A stretch of DNA of 63,747 nucleotides, filler included, from Choristocarpus tenellus KU-1152 (Eukaryota > Protista > Phaeophyceae): NCBI GenBank assembly GCA_964200185.2. It is 14 parts of 14 records of this genome, joined end to end, with 100 filler letters (N's around TTAATTAATTAA, not from the genome) between each part and the next. Parts side by side here need not be neighbours in the genome. Positions count along the whole stretch, not along the records: positions 8,546 to 15,457 come from CAXNAD020007080.1; positions 15,558 to 18,811 come from CAXNAD020021239.1; positions 18,912 to 22,066 come from CAXNAD020021905.1; positions 22,167 to 24,910 come from CAXNAD020025122.1; positions 25,011 to 28,794 come from CAXNAD020017947.1; 9 more parts are not named here. One strand, written 5' to 3'. How positions within the stretch are numbered: position 1 is the first letter of the stretch; each line of letters opens with the position of its first letter. Positions 12,788 through 25,852 of this stretch are shown here, in pieces. Position numbers and translations under genes: made by a program. The notes beneath the pieces are model-generated. The model ran no database searches. It was not told the origin of the DNA and worked only from the letters and a program-made list of their open reading frames with translations.

Positions 12788-15655
12788 TGAATGTAGCTAC
12801 ACATTTACTTCTCTACTATGTATCATCGATATGTATGCTTGCAGCCCCCTCCTGTCATCAGGAATCCCACTCCTACACGTACATGTATGATATACTATAT
12901 ATCTTCTGTGGAGTATGACAAAACAACAATACTACCACATAGTCGTGGTGTACAATGTCAGTCAGTTGTAGACAACCAGCAGCTACACCGTACAGTTGTA
13001 GTACCATGCAGTTGTGTGATGTATGATATCTTGTTGCTATTTTAGTCTCTCATCTAGTTTCCTCGTTAAAAGTTTCAACCACAGTAGCCCTCCCCGCCCA
13101 GTCAGCCAATCAGTGTTTCTATGCAATGTAAGGGACACTTACCATCATTATGTTGTATTATAGTATTATGGTAGTGGTATGTCAAGACTTCTACTGGGCC
13201 TGTTAACAGTAGTTAGGTGGAAGGACTGGGAGGCCCAGACCCACGATACATTCTCTCACGACCCTGGACCAATCTTGGTGGAACTTACTGTTTCAAGGCC
13301 GACCCATGACTCGGTCTGCCACAAAAATGTTCAAATCTAATATCTGACACCCCTCCTGAAAAAGACCGTTCAGTCGGACCAGCCCTATCAAGATGGGTTG
13401 AGCCAATCTGGTGGAAACCGAAAATGTATCAGGCAGACGACTAATTCGTCCCAATACGTGTGGGAAATACTACCGCTACATACTTCTGTAAGGCGATTTT
13501 CCACAAACTAAAACAGAAGTGGATATAGTGGTGGTATTCTTATTCCTCTCTCTCAACATATATTATTTTCCAACCTCATTGTTGTAGGGTCCAGAGCCAT
13601 ATGAGGCACCCATAGCGCCCAGGAGCGCCATATGCCTTTATCAACTATTGGATACTCTCTAGATCCTTAACCAACATATTTTAAACACAACCTCCAACTT
13701 GTCTTGGGATTGTTCATCTACGATGATTACGACTACTGCCGATGCAGCGCCGGCCGACTTCACTTTCCAGATAAGAATGGCTTCGTTGAACAAAGTTTTC
13801 GCGGTCATGGAGGCCACAGTAGCTTTGGTGAGGGGTTGGATACAGGTGGTCGCACCAGACAGCCCATATCTCCTATGTGGTGCCACCAGGAGATGCTCCC
13901 CGTTGATCTGCTGGAGAATATTGATTCCTGCCTTGCCAGACTGGATGGCAAGGAATGGAAGTCCGTGCCCACAACTATGGTGAAGATGATGGAATCCCTC
14001 TGCACCCTGAAGATCAGGGTGTTGGCCATTGAGAGCGTGATTGCCAAGCTGATGGGGAAGGAAGGAAGAAAGGGAGAAAGGGGTGACGACAGAAGGTGAT
14101 GAAATGTGGTTGTGTGTGGAACTGTTGTGGGTCATCTGTGCTTCCAGACACACTACTCCTCTAATCGGCAGGGAGATGACCGATACACCGTTGATCAGAT
14201 TTGATTCTCTGGGGATGACACAAAGCCAAATGTCGTTTGTTTCTGTAGCCCTAGCCCCTCTATTCTCACTGATAGAGCTTCAGTTTGCTTCCAAATCAAG
14301 ATAAAAAACACACAATCAATACAGTATCAAATAGTCTCTTATTCACAGGATACACGAGGTTCTGACCCTAACCCTACACTTGCTCTGTTCCTCGTTCCTT
14401 GCTTGAGACAATATTCCACTTTATCCAATCCTTAATGCAACAAATGATATCCCTATAATCCTAGGAATGACGTGCATACGATGAGTAAATACTACACTAG
14501 CAACCCTTATGAAATCGCAATGCCTGACTATTCCCAACTCTGGCCATTTGTGTGCCTACACATAAAGTCGTTGCACCAAAACTACACACCTTATGCTTCC
14601 CCTTGTTCCCTTCATTGCTTGGCAGACACGGCGAAGGAGCAGTCCATCCCATGCTTGTGGAATTGCCTTCCCGCAAGGCGTTGTGTGAATGCCTCTCTCC
14701 TGGAGAGGGCTTTGGTGAGGGAGGAACGAAGAAGCGCCTATAAATGTCATCTATGTTTTTGACCACGCGTGGTTTATTGTAGAATCTCCATTTGGGGTCA
14801 GGATCAGAGATAAGCTTAGACATAGGGCTGATATGTTATTGACCTCTCTTTGCCACGGGTGCTTATGCAGTAGGCGAAGTACCATATCACTCATGGATTC
14901 CCCCATAATATGCCACCCCCAAAAAGTGCCGTATAGGTAGGACACATAGTTTCCCATTACGTGTGAGCATCCATGGATGATATGAAGACTAGACTTGAAT
15001 ATTTGTTTGGTATTGTACAGTAGAAGAAATAGATTTGTAGTTTTGAGTGTAGATGCTATCTATTTTGAGAATGGGTATAATATGAACGACTTCTGGGTGC
15101 TGTGGGTGATGGCTAGTGGTAAGGATGGGGAGATTTTGCATGGTTAGGATCTCTTATTCTCTGGCCCACAGTAGTTAACCTTGCAAACCAAGCAGACTGA
15201 CATGATTGCAGAGCACAGTTAATGTCCTACTTCCTCAAACTGCCATTCCCCATTGATCTCCCCACACAACGCATGGTAAATTCCTTCTTCTGTTGCCCTC
15301 CCTCCTTCCCCATGTTTATCCAACTTTGTTCATTCCTACTGCCTCTTTGACCCCGTCTTTGCCCCACAAGAATATATCGTTTGGTGTAGCTGACCCAGTC
15401 CCCGGCCCCCAATCACCAACTACTTGCCCAAGATATCTACCCCCTCATCAGGTGTATNNNNNNNNNNNNNNNNNNNNNNNNNNNNNNNNNNNNNNNNNNN
15501 NTTAATTAATTAANNNNNNNNNNNNNNNNNNNNNNNNNNNNNNNNNNNNNNNNNNNNATAAAAATAAAAACCTACACCCCCAGACACCCCCCCCCCCCCC
15601 TCCCCCCCCTCCCCCCCCTTCCTTTTCTCATGCTTCCTTCCCAATTGGCACACAC

Positions 15656-17454
15656 CATGATCAAACACCATCTGGCGAAAGCGGTCAGCGATCTCTTTCT
15701 CCAGCCCGAGGCTTTCCTCACGGTGTCGGGTCAACTCAAAATTCTCTGCCTCCACCAGGGCAAGGTCTGAAATCCATTCGTCAGAGATCTGCTCTCTTAC
15801 CTGGTATGTTGCAAGGCACAGATAGAACAAAACAAAATACGGGGTGGCACAACCCTCTCATTACTAGATACTTTCACTGATCCATGCTACACCCCAAAAG
15901 AGCGAGAGGAAGATGCATTATGGCTTTCAAAAGTATCGCAACTGGCACCCATTCCTGTTTTTCAACCCAAAGAGTCTCCACCTATGCAACAAGAATCAGC
16001 AAGACATACCCCTTAGCTTAATCTCCACCCAGCTTGCATTGAAAATTCTGCCCATCCATCTGTAACCAGTTTACAGAATCCGTCCCCTCCACTAATACCC
16101 TAACACAACCACGCACAAATCTCTTCCCAAGGACTGGTTTCTCTTCCTAGGGCTCTCTGCACACAGTTGTCTTAAAATATTGATGCCCCTTTTCCTTCAC
16201 AAACATGAGGATTTTCTCAACAGCGTACAGTTGAAAAATGAATAGACGCCTCTTCTTCAATAAGCTCCGAACCCCAAAATGAATGACACCTCTGGCATGA
16301 AACAGGCACGGATGCCTGAGGTAGGGAAGAAGAGTATTCTACCCTATTCGCACACCTTCATGATATTCTTGGCGATTTTTACCGGCTCAATTAGGACATT
16401 GTACTCCATGGCTGAACGGTTGGGACTAAGATATGGATTGTTTCCTGAGCCCCCAAGAGGTCGCTGGGACAGACGGCGAACGATCATTTCTTCTGGTTCT
16501 GCCCGCATCAACATACCCAAGTGCCTGAAGGGAAGCGAGGGTAAGGTAAGATGTAAGGTAGGAGGATCATGCGCATAGAGTTGCTGAAACCACAGGGTCG
16601 GCGAATGGGCAGTTTGGGGTAGAGAGACGAGGTCAACAGTTGCTCGTGAATAAAGAACAGTTGTGCGCGAAATGTTACGTAAAATCGACTCACTTTTCCC
16701 ATCCGATGGTTTTTATCTCCCTGCCATCCTTGGTGAACTGCTTGAGCCATTGGGGGGTGAGATCGTCTCTGAACTCTAGCAAGTAGTACACGACGCTGGC
16801 CACAGACGACTCGAGCAGGAGGTTTTTCATCCAACTGTGAATGGCAGGAGGGCCGAGTATGACAATCGGATAAAAACACATGATCGACAATTTATAGGAG
16901 CACTGAAAGTCCAGTTCAATCGACCAGATGCAAATGCTTACAGCTGTGGAGAGCTAAAGTAAAAGTAGTTTTCTTGGTTCAACATGGGGACACTTAAGGA
17001 CAAGTGAGATCAAGACACACCCCGTCCGAAAGGAAGTCCAGTAGATATATCAAATACAACACATTCCACTTTCAACGGGAAAGATAACGAACGCAGTCAG
17101 ACGCACCTCTCACCACCGTCGTCGGATGGCTTATTGCGTTCAGGTCGCCGGTTAAGGGTACTACCCATAGACAGTTGGAGTCTCTTTGTGCTGCCATCCA
17201 GGAAGAGGGAGATAGCGTAAAGATGAGAGATGGCACGTCATTCCGACAAAAGCGGGTATCAATAAGGATATATACGTTATGGAAGTATATTCTCCCCTGC
17301 AAGCTAAACAGAGAACAAGGCACACTACTCACCGTTGTGGTGTTCGGACAGCACCAAAGGTGGCAGATGACAAAACAGAGCTCATGGGGGCGAGGAGAGC
17401 TCCCGCCCCAATACTGGACCCCAGCACAAGAATCATCCCCAGCATAACCCGCAT
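15656..17454 (-). CDS. Plastid-targeted uncharacterised protein with RbcX-like core; exons 17454-17333, 17190-17107, 16834-16694, 16524-16356, 15800-15656; 3' end missing (contig end)
   Basis: Five GT-AG exons splice in frame (phases 2,2,2,0) to MRVMLGMILVLGSSIGAGA-LLAPMSSVLSSATFGAVRTPQRTKRLQLSM...SWMKNLLLESSVASVVYYLLEFRDDLTPQWLKQFTKDGREIKTIGWEKHLGMLMRAEPEEMIVRRLSQRPLGGSGNNPYLSPNRSAMEYNVLIEPVKIAKNIMKVREQISDEWISDLALVEAENFELTRH... Signal peptide followed by an S/R-rich transit peptide. The gene model is strong; the RbcX assignment is an inference. Confidence 0.85.
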
Positions 17455-17784
17455 GGTGAAGACGGGTGACTGTCAATGCCACACGGACGCCACCGGGTCC
17501 TCAACTAGGGGGTAACTCTCAGTTTATTGGAACTTCTTTCTCAGTGGAACGCGACCACTCCGGGCAGAAAATGGTCTCGTTTGCTAAGCTAGGCAATATT
17601 TAAAAAAAGTTCCCTGATAGAGACGTGATGACAAAGAGAGTGTAAAGTGAGCGGACTTCGTGAGTTTTGGTTGGAATAGAGCCCTTTCGAGAGAAGGGTT
17701 GGTTGCACTCTCTCCAGATTTACTTTCCGTTTCGAAAATCGTCAAGGTATACAAAATATTATTTATTTGACTAGGCAGCTGACG

Positions 17785-18378
17785 ATGAACAGCTCATCAT
17801 CTACCAATAACCTTCGGCATTCGGTGTACTCTACTTCTACCTTCAGAACCACGAGTCAACTTACAAATAGTATCCTACAAAATGTCAGAGGGTATAATAA
17901 TAAAATAAAATACATTGTACTCACTGCGAATCTAGTATGGTATATTCAAACTTTTACTGATATGATTTTATTTTCTACAATTTAATACTAAATTACAACA
18001 TATTTATTATGTCATTTTTATTATAATGCCCTCTCACATTTTGGATTTTGCGGATGTGTGAGGGAAAAAGTCAACTTATAATCAAAGTACCATTCATGGT
18101 GAGTAAAGTAAAAGTTGTAAATGTCGATATCTTTTTCAAAATCTATTTACTATTTGAATGCCAAATACACTAAAAACACCCCCTTCAAGGCTCGAAATTA
18201 CATTGTGTGTACATTACTGCTATACCTACAACCTAGGTTAGCCCTACACTACAGGGCGAGAGCTGTGGAAGCACCCCAAGAATCTGACAGCCCCCTCCTT
18301 GCCCATCTCCCTGGTGACTCCACTTTAAAACGCATGACACGTCTTGAGAGGGCCACTTGTTGTGCAGTGCCAGACACT
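17785..18378 (+). CDS. Possible start of a divergently transcribed gene (exons 17785-17891 and 18237-18378), product unknown
   Basis: The two candidate exons join in frame (..NVRG/LALHYRARAVEAPQESDSPLLAHLPG..). The first donor lies inside an inverted-repeat motif, so it is doubtful. Confidence 0.35.
17880..18040. repeat. Short inverted-repeat element (AATGTCAGAGGGTATAATAATAAAAT ... ATTTTATTATAATGCCCTCTCACATT)
   Basis: Imperfect ~25-bp inverted ends around an AT-rich core. The motif ATGCCCTCTGACAT also occurs twice at 37681-37731. Confidence 0.6.
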
Positions 18379-19899
18379 GTATGTCGTAAACGGGATTTGA
18401 CAGCTCCTTCTTTCCTGATATAACCTCCTGCCCCTCTCTCACCTCCTCCTGCTGTTGAAAATGGTAGTATTCCATGAAATGAAAAACAAAATGGAGGATC
18501 ACATCATATACATCGATATATGTGTATTATGTTAGTGTGGGATAATCAGTTCAATCAATCAATCATGGAGGTGGGTACGTCTTCTTAAAAGAGTTAACAA
18601 AACCCCCCATTCCAACACAAAACCAATAAATGAAGTAAGGTGGAGGACTTGAACTCAGAGGAGGTTGAAGGATTGGTGTTGTACTTGTTATAGTAGATAT
18701 TTCACAAATTTTAAATGTGATGTTGAACCTCCTCTGTGTGTATGGATATCATCATAAAACAGGGGATCCTCAAAATTGAGAATGGAGCTTGACTATGAGA
18801 ATGGTTGTTTTNNNNNNNNNNNNNNNNNNNNNNNNNNNNNNNNNNNNNNNNNNNNTTAATTAATTAANNNNNNNNNNNNNNNNNNNNNNNNNNNNNNNNN
18901 NNNNNNNNNNNTTAAGACCGTTTTCGCAAAAAAACCATCCTCATAGTCCCGCGCCTTCCTCAATTTTGAGATTCCCCTGTTTTAGAGGGGGGAAATAATT
19001 GAGAATATTATTGAGTACAAGCCACTACGTATTTGAAAGGGAAAAGAACCATTTCTATTTTGGATTAAGGAAGTATACTACTAATAATCAAATGCGACAA
19101 AAAAAAATACTGAAAATTGTTGATCGAGGATACACCAGAGACCCAAACCAATTGAAAGGTAGGCAGGTTTGGATCGATTTGCATGCTAAAACAAATTTCT
19201 AAGCTGATGCAATGCACTATATTTCGTTGGTTTGTGTCCGCAATAATATACAAAAAATTGATATTCACCCTTTCCAAACCCAAAGTGACAACACAATTTA
19301 GCAAAGGTCATTTATTTGTCCAATTAAGTATACAAAATGGCGTCTTTCTGCCCTTTCTCGGTATCTTTAGAATGCAACCCTGCCTACCTCTCAATTGGTT
19401 TGGCTCACAGTCTGCTCTTCATCGCAGTGGTGCGGCATGATTAGACATAAACGAAAAGGACCTAATCCTACAATATTATACAAATTTGTATATAGCATTG
19501 CGTCTCTTCTTTAAAATGACCATTCATTCGCCTCTGCATCTTTTTTTTTTTCCTCTTGCTCTCTTTTTCTGTTTTCTGTTCTTGTTGGTCGTCGTTGTGT
19601 GATAACGATAAATTTATCGTACCACCTACTAGTTCTTGGTGGTTGTGGCGATACGAATATTGTGTGATAACGCTTTTTCCTTTTTTGTTGCTGTCTGGTT
19701 GTGTTTGTGTCCACTTGCTGGTGTTCTCCTCCTTCGTTTATCGCTAACAAATTCTGCCACTACTCCTATCTATGTTTGAGGACAGCAACCCCTTCTCCTC
19801 CAACACTTCTTCCTTCCCCCCCTCTCTTCTGCCCTTAGGAACAAGGAGGTCATATAGTAGGTACTCCATTCTCCCGTCCATCGTCAAATATTGGAGTCA

Positions 19900-21600
19900 G
19901 TCTCATCGTGGCAGTTGAAGAATCTCAACTGCACGTTCCATTGGCACCATACAGAGCAAAGACCGTCCTGCCTAGAAGTTTCCCAATTATGGTATGGATC
20001 TGCAGAGATTTTCTCTTCTGATGATGATAATGGTGATGATAAGGACGAGAAGAGGTAAGATGAGGCCCTGAATCAACGACAACAACCCAGACGATAACAT
20101 TTTTATGGATCATTTTATCCGTCACTTACACATGCAGTTTGAAGCGTGTGCTGTTCAATCTGGCTAAGTGGATAGGTGACCGGTTCCCCTTCTCTCTTAT
20201 CCTTCCAGCACACGCTTAACCTAAACCTCTGCGCCTCTCTAGTTGAACATGTGTCAGTTCGTGAGTGCTATTATTCATCTGGAGATTGTGGAGGTGGAAT
20301 AATCACCCTCGATGGTGCAGAGCCCAGGGGAGATCCCCTGTCTTCGGGAGTCCCCACTGACCTTGGGGAACCCCCACTCTCACACGTTTTCACTTTTCGC
20401 ACACACTTTTGAAAACTTAACCCTAACTCTAACCCTAACTTACGCGTGAAAAATATCCCTAACATGCCAACGATCTTGGGTTGTCGAGAATGGATACGCG
20501 CCTGACCAACAGCGTAAAAGATGTCAAAAGCAAAACATAGTGACCAGTGAGTCTCATTATGTCTGTCACACAAGAGCCACACCGAAACAAAAATAGATGC
20601 CATGAACCTAATCCTAACCCTAACCATGACCATAAGCATAACCATAACCATAACCTGTGTGTAAAAGATAACCTTAAGAAGTGAAAAAAAAGTATGACGG
20701 TGGGGGTTCCCCAGGGACCTTGAAGGCTCCCACAGACAGGGGAACTCCCCTGTGCACTGCAATGGCGCGCTTCACAAATCCGTCAAGCAACTTTTGGTAC
20801 ATTTTCTTCAACTCCTCCACCAGAGGTGTAGCAGACCTTTGACACAGACAATAGACAACACAAACAGTATCAACAGTAATAGCATAGAGGTATTGATATT
20901 GATGCTGGTGAAATATTTGAAAGGAAAAATGTTCTTGGTACAAGATAGAAAGGTGGAGTACTTGAATGGAGATGAGGTTTTCAAAATATAATACAATGAA
21001 AGTGGGAAGGCAGACACCACTATAGGGCAACGAGGAGATGTTGCATATCTGTATGCATGTAGTACTCCCAGTCACAAGTAAGGTTTTGGGCTGGTCAATA
21101 AGATTAACGAAGATAAAGTGACGATCAATGATGTAGACAGAACATTATCATCAACACACCCTCACCTTCTCCCTCTGATCTGTATCATAGTATTGGAACA
21201 TATATATATATAATAGTGAGTCCGGAGTCGATATCTTGTGTGCTTCGGAGGTGCACAAACTCCTCCGTGCAAATTGTGGTTTCACTAATATTGAGTTGGA
21301 GTACCTCTTGTTCAATCTCGTCCGCATCACCCCTCAATCAATGTGGAAGAGAATACTGTTCTACCGTCAAGAGTGTGTATAGGGGACATCCAGGAGGAGC
21401 AACTTCTCGGCACTTGCAATCATCATGATGACCAAGATCGTGACCGACGTTGGTTGGGGAATTATGACTATGGTTGCAGAATGAATAACCGTGATGCAGT
21501 TGGCGATCACATTGGAATTTAGGAAGGGGATCCTGGAGGAAAGGTTTATGGAAATGAGGGCAAAGAGCAAACTATTTTAGTAATAAAAACGGTTTAATCG
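19900..21600 (-). mobile_element. Degenerate copia gag/protease remnant interrupted by a MITE
   Basis: VWVVVVDSGPHLT (~20100-20055) resembles copia protease W(I/V)xDSG..H; upstream helical gag-like fragments (LVEELKKMYQKLLD; EQEVLQLNISETTI). Confidence 0.4.
20325..20752. mobile_element. hAT-like MITE (family D) with ~75-bp imperfect TIRs
   Basis: CAGGGGAGATCCCCTGTC..GGGAG...TGGGGAACCCCCAC...TTTTCAC is mirrored by GTGAAAA...GTGGGGGTTCCCCA...CTCCC..GACAGGGGAACTCCCCTG. CAGGG termini are typical of hAT; TSD degraded. Confidence 0.75.
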
Positions 21601-22399
21601 TTGTATTTTCTGCAACAGGTAAGATATAGGAAAGTAGCGATTGTAGACGCTCCAACTACAGTCGGTCTACCATCACAAGAACTCTCCTCTCAGTAGGTTT
21701 GGAATATATGCTTGGATAGTTTGATTAGTTTTATAGAGATTGAGCTTACGCGGTTTCAGATTAGGCAAGCCCAAGAAAACTGGGCAATGCCAAGAACGCC
21801 AACGGCTTATGTTGTATGCAAATATCGATCTGGATCTACGATGCTCAGGTATGAATATGCTTGATCTCTTGTGTAAGGGTGACTTAGTTTGTCAGGTATA
21901 TCTTTCTTTATAGGCATGCAAGTGATTGTGCTTTGCCTCAACGGGATGTCAATCAGGGTCGGAAGTATGGCATGAGAAAGGCCTATAGGACCAAAGTAAA
22001 CTGTTACAGGCGAATAGAGCGAGTATTTCTTCTTGTATTTCAACGAAGTGCAAACGTTTGTTACACNNNNNNNNNNNNNNNNNNNNNNNNNNNNNNNNNN
22101 NNNNNNNNNNTTAATTAATTAANNNNNNNNNNNNNNNNNNNNNNNNNNNNNNNNNNNNNNNNNNNNCTGTTATAGGTGCAATATACCCTACTCTTCATAG
22201 CAGCATGCTCAGCATATTATGGTTGTCGCCTATCCTGCCCAGCACAAATACTACATAAAGCATCAGAGTTTGTAGGAGGACAGGGAGGTGCGTCTTGTAT
22301 CACTTCCGCTTCATCATCAATGGCCACAGGTCAGGTGCAGGGTAGAGTATTCTTTTGGAAAATGGGGAAAAAAATGGGACTCCCCCCCTCCAATAACGC

Positions 22400-24400
22400 T
22401 ATCATGCCACTGCTGCTTCTTGTGAACTCTGCAGAGCCTGCCGAAGACACTGGTGGCAGCAGCAACAACAGCAGGTCAAGAAGGGAGGTCAAGACCAGGG
22501 CATCTTGGTTAGGTAATACATGCTATTGGGGGAAGGAGAACCCAGTCCATTAAGACCTTCTGGTCAAAGGAAGGTGGCATCCACATCCCACCCAGACCAT
22601 GGTGCTGGTACAGATGTGTACACCGTGGAAATTTTTGCTGTCACAATGCTCTTTTTTCGCCACATGACATATTATGGGGGGATACATAGAATAAGCGTGG
22701 CATATTGTGCATGCACTACCAAGCATGACAATGTAAGCACTCATTAAAGTGGTATCTTCCTACAGGACTAGTCAGAGGGGATGGTGGACAACTTCGGGTT
22801 CCTCATGAGGTGTAGACCCTGTTGGACATCTCAATAGCAACAATTCATCGAGCACAACAGTAGGACTGGTAAGAATGGAGATGCCTTCCACACGATATTT
22901 GATATGATCCTCGCCAAAGCAGCCAGAACACAACAACCAACAAAAACCACAGCAGCACAGAGATAAGATTTGTGCTGACGGTGTGAAAGGGAAGCACTTG
23001 TCGGAGAGCCATACGTTCAGATGAAGTGTGATACCAAACAGGAGGGGTTAGATAGGTTGCGACTCCTTGTTATATCTATCCCCCAAAGGATAGACCTTTC
23101 CTCGTAGTCAAAGCCGTAGGGAGTTAAGATGGCTGGCTCTGTTGGGCCAAGTGGAAAGGGAGTTGTGGAAAAGCATGTTGTGGCCTCCGCCCTTGCTCCT
23201 GCGGTGTCTGCTCCTATTACTGTCATTGTGGTTCCTAGAGGGAATACTTACAGTGAACCTCCTACAGCGGCGGTTGGAGGTATGAAAAGAAGCGAAAAGG
23301 TTCAGGTGCACTAGAATAAAAAACCAGATGGTATCGCCACCAATCCTGCAACTCTTCCTCCTGCGGTATTTCCTCCTTCTGCCAGTGTTACAGATGAAGG
23401 TATGGAGGTTGCCATGTCTCCATATGAGACACGTTACCAGACACTATGATGGAGCTACATTCCACATTGGTCACTGATACTACACGCCACCCTAGGCGTC
23501 CGCAAGAATGTGTGTTCGAGGTGTGTATAAAGGTCGTGGGTGTGAGCTTCCAGCTCGGTGATTGGAAGGTGGATATGCTATTAGAGACGTACACAAAGTA
23601 ATTCGCACAGGGTACAGATCATAGTGGTCTTTGTGGGGTGCACCATGCATCCATTCTTATGGTGATTGAATCTCCCATCCCGTACCATACATGTAGCCAT
23701 ATGGTTTATGCTTTGGGTAGGTCAGGGCATATCAACTCCCACATTCATCTCCTTCTCAACCCTAACCATCCTGTTGTACTTGGTGTCGGGGTAAATATGA
23801 ACATAAATCAACGTCCACTATCATCCCCTGCTCGTCGCAATTAACCCTCTATTCCTCTGAGCTCCAGGCAAATTAGAAAAAAAAACGCCCCCTCCCATTT
23901 TTCGTGTAGGCTCTGCAACCTCACGTTGCATGTTGACTTGAAGCACATCTCACAGACTGCTGCGCTTCCTTTTCATAGACAACTCCTGCCTGTTTGATGA
24001 GTGTAGGGCTGCAAGTGCCCCGCCAGTATATAACAGGCGACCAGCAGTACTAAATTTGTTCTCGAAGCACCCACCTTCCTTGTGCCCTGTGTCTCAGCAC
24101 AATTATGGGGGGTTCCTCCACAAACTGTTGCTGCATGAGTTGAGGTATGTAATAAGGGCTGGTGCACAATATGTGGAAGGACGAATGACATTCAAGCAGG
24201 ATGCGGTGTAATAACTCCAACGGTTGTTAAGGAAGGTTATACACACTTTGCGAGTCAACTTCACCTCCCCACAGCCACAGACACTAGGGAGTCATTTTTC
24301 TAGTTTAATGGAGGTGGGAATGTCATGGTTGGTCTGGGTGCGGAGATGTTGGTATGTAGGGGTTTAGATGCTGATGGAAAGTGATCACTAGTTCACTCAT
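22400..24400 (+). mobile_element. Highly degenerate copia-like remnant
   Basis: DGATFHI (~23448-23468) resembles the protease DSGATxH motif, and HINSHIH..L (~23728) resembles the pre-integrase region; no long ORF. Confidence 0.35.
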
Positions 24401-24839
24401 GTCACTCCTGTTATAATGTTTTGGCGGGGTGGACGACTGCAATAATGAACCACACCAAAGTGATGGTACAGTTCCTTTTTATTTACTCAAGTACACGGTT
24501 ACTACAGAGCAAGTGAGATGTGTATGGTAAGTTTAAGTTGTTCTGTATGACCAAGCACGCTTTACACCACGAACAGGTGTGAAAGACTTGCACTTCATAG
24601 TACTCATTAGTATGACACCATGTTAACTACAATAATCCAAACAATCTAGAACCAAAGAGTACCGACTTCAACAGGGAAAGAGACGGCAGGAGTTTGGGAA
24701 CTTTCAAAACGGAGGTGGTCGCACAGCACATCTAGGTACAGTCCATGCGAGACATTAGCCAGTTTGCAGTAACACCTCTTCACGTTGTACGCTATGAAAG
24801 CATTGATGTAGAAGAAGCACATTACCCCTCACCAAAATT

Positions 24840-24910
24840 GGCTCAAAGTACCTGGGGGGAGGGGTGGCGGCTGTCCATTTGGGGCCAATTTTTTCATGTC
24901 GCGATTTTTG
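24840..24910 (+). mobile_element. MITE family A left part (contig end)
   Basis: GGCTCAAAGTACCTGGGGG...GCTGTCCATTTGGGG...CATGTCGCGATTTTTG. Confidence 0.85.
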
Positions 24911-25852
24911 NNNNNNNNNNNNNNNNNNNNNNNNNNNNNNNNNNNNNNNNNNNNTTAATTAATTAANNNNNNNNNNNNNNNNNNNNNNNNNNNNNNNNNN
25001 NNNNNNNNNNGCCCGGTGATTCTCTTCGCCACCCTTGCCTGAGTGAACCACGCTACCACAGAATCACACGATTCACACAACCGTTGTTTTTATCTTCTAA
25101 TAATCCACATTTGGTTTAACTAATTGCCACATCTTCTATTTTCTACAACGGTTTTTTCTATTTTTCGGGTTAATTGTTTATCATATTTTCGGGTATCTTA
25201 CTGTATCAAGTGAGGGTATAAAGGAAATTTCTGAATTCGTTGGTGCCAGATCATAAAAAAGCCCACAATTTTGAAATCTGAACGAAAGTGGTGAAGGTAG
25301 TAAGAACCCGAACACCCTCCGTTCAAGCATCTTCGACCCTATGTTTGTGGTCCATGATCAGTGATGGACACAGATAGACCCATCGAATACCCTCCTATAT
25401 CTCTCAGTACCCCTCACAGTGACCGGGTCGTTTATTAGGTAGGTTCAACTTTGCTTCAATTTCAATCCCCATCGTTCCAAATCAGTCGACCAGATTTATG
25501 GTTCAGTTTTCGAAATGAGGATATTGGAACGCGAAAGAGTCAACTAACCGACTGAGAACTAAAGATCTGTGGAACAGGAGAGCTTGGGAGTTCAAAGAGC
25601 AAAAGGAGGAAAGAATAGGGAGAACTTGATGAAGCCTGGCACTGTCTCGTCCCTGTCTAGGTGGTGGTCACTTGTACTACTCGATTGCATCTTCGTCTTG
25701 AGTTGTGTTGTCCTATCAACAACAGGTGAGAGTAGTCTTCTCGTGATGTTTTTTATAACGTTTGGAGGCAGAATCTCCCCTTCAATGACCACTTGCGCAA
25801 GATAATGCCTCTCAGTCCTATTATGATAATGAGATGACCTTTCACATTGGCG

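Noticed and set aside
13704-14099. 131-aa ORF as a host gene
   Set aside because: No recognisable domain or partner exons, and it is surrounded by retroelement-like debris; left uncalled.
24409-24673. Solo LTR (TGTTAT...TTCAACA)
   Set aside because: The ends look LTR-like, but there is no TSD and no second copy in the window.
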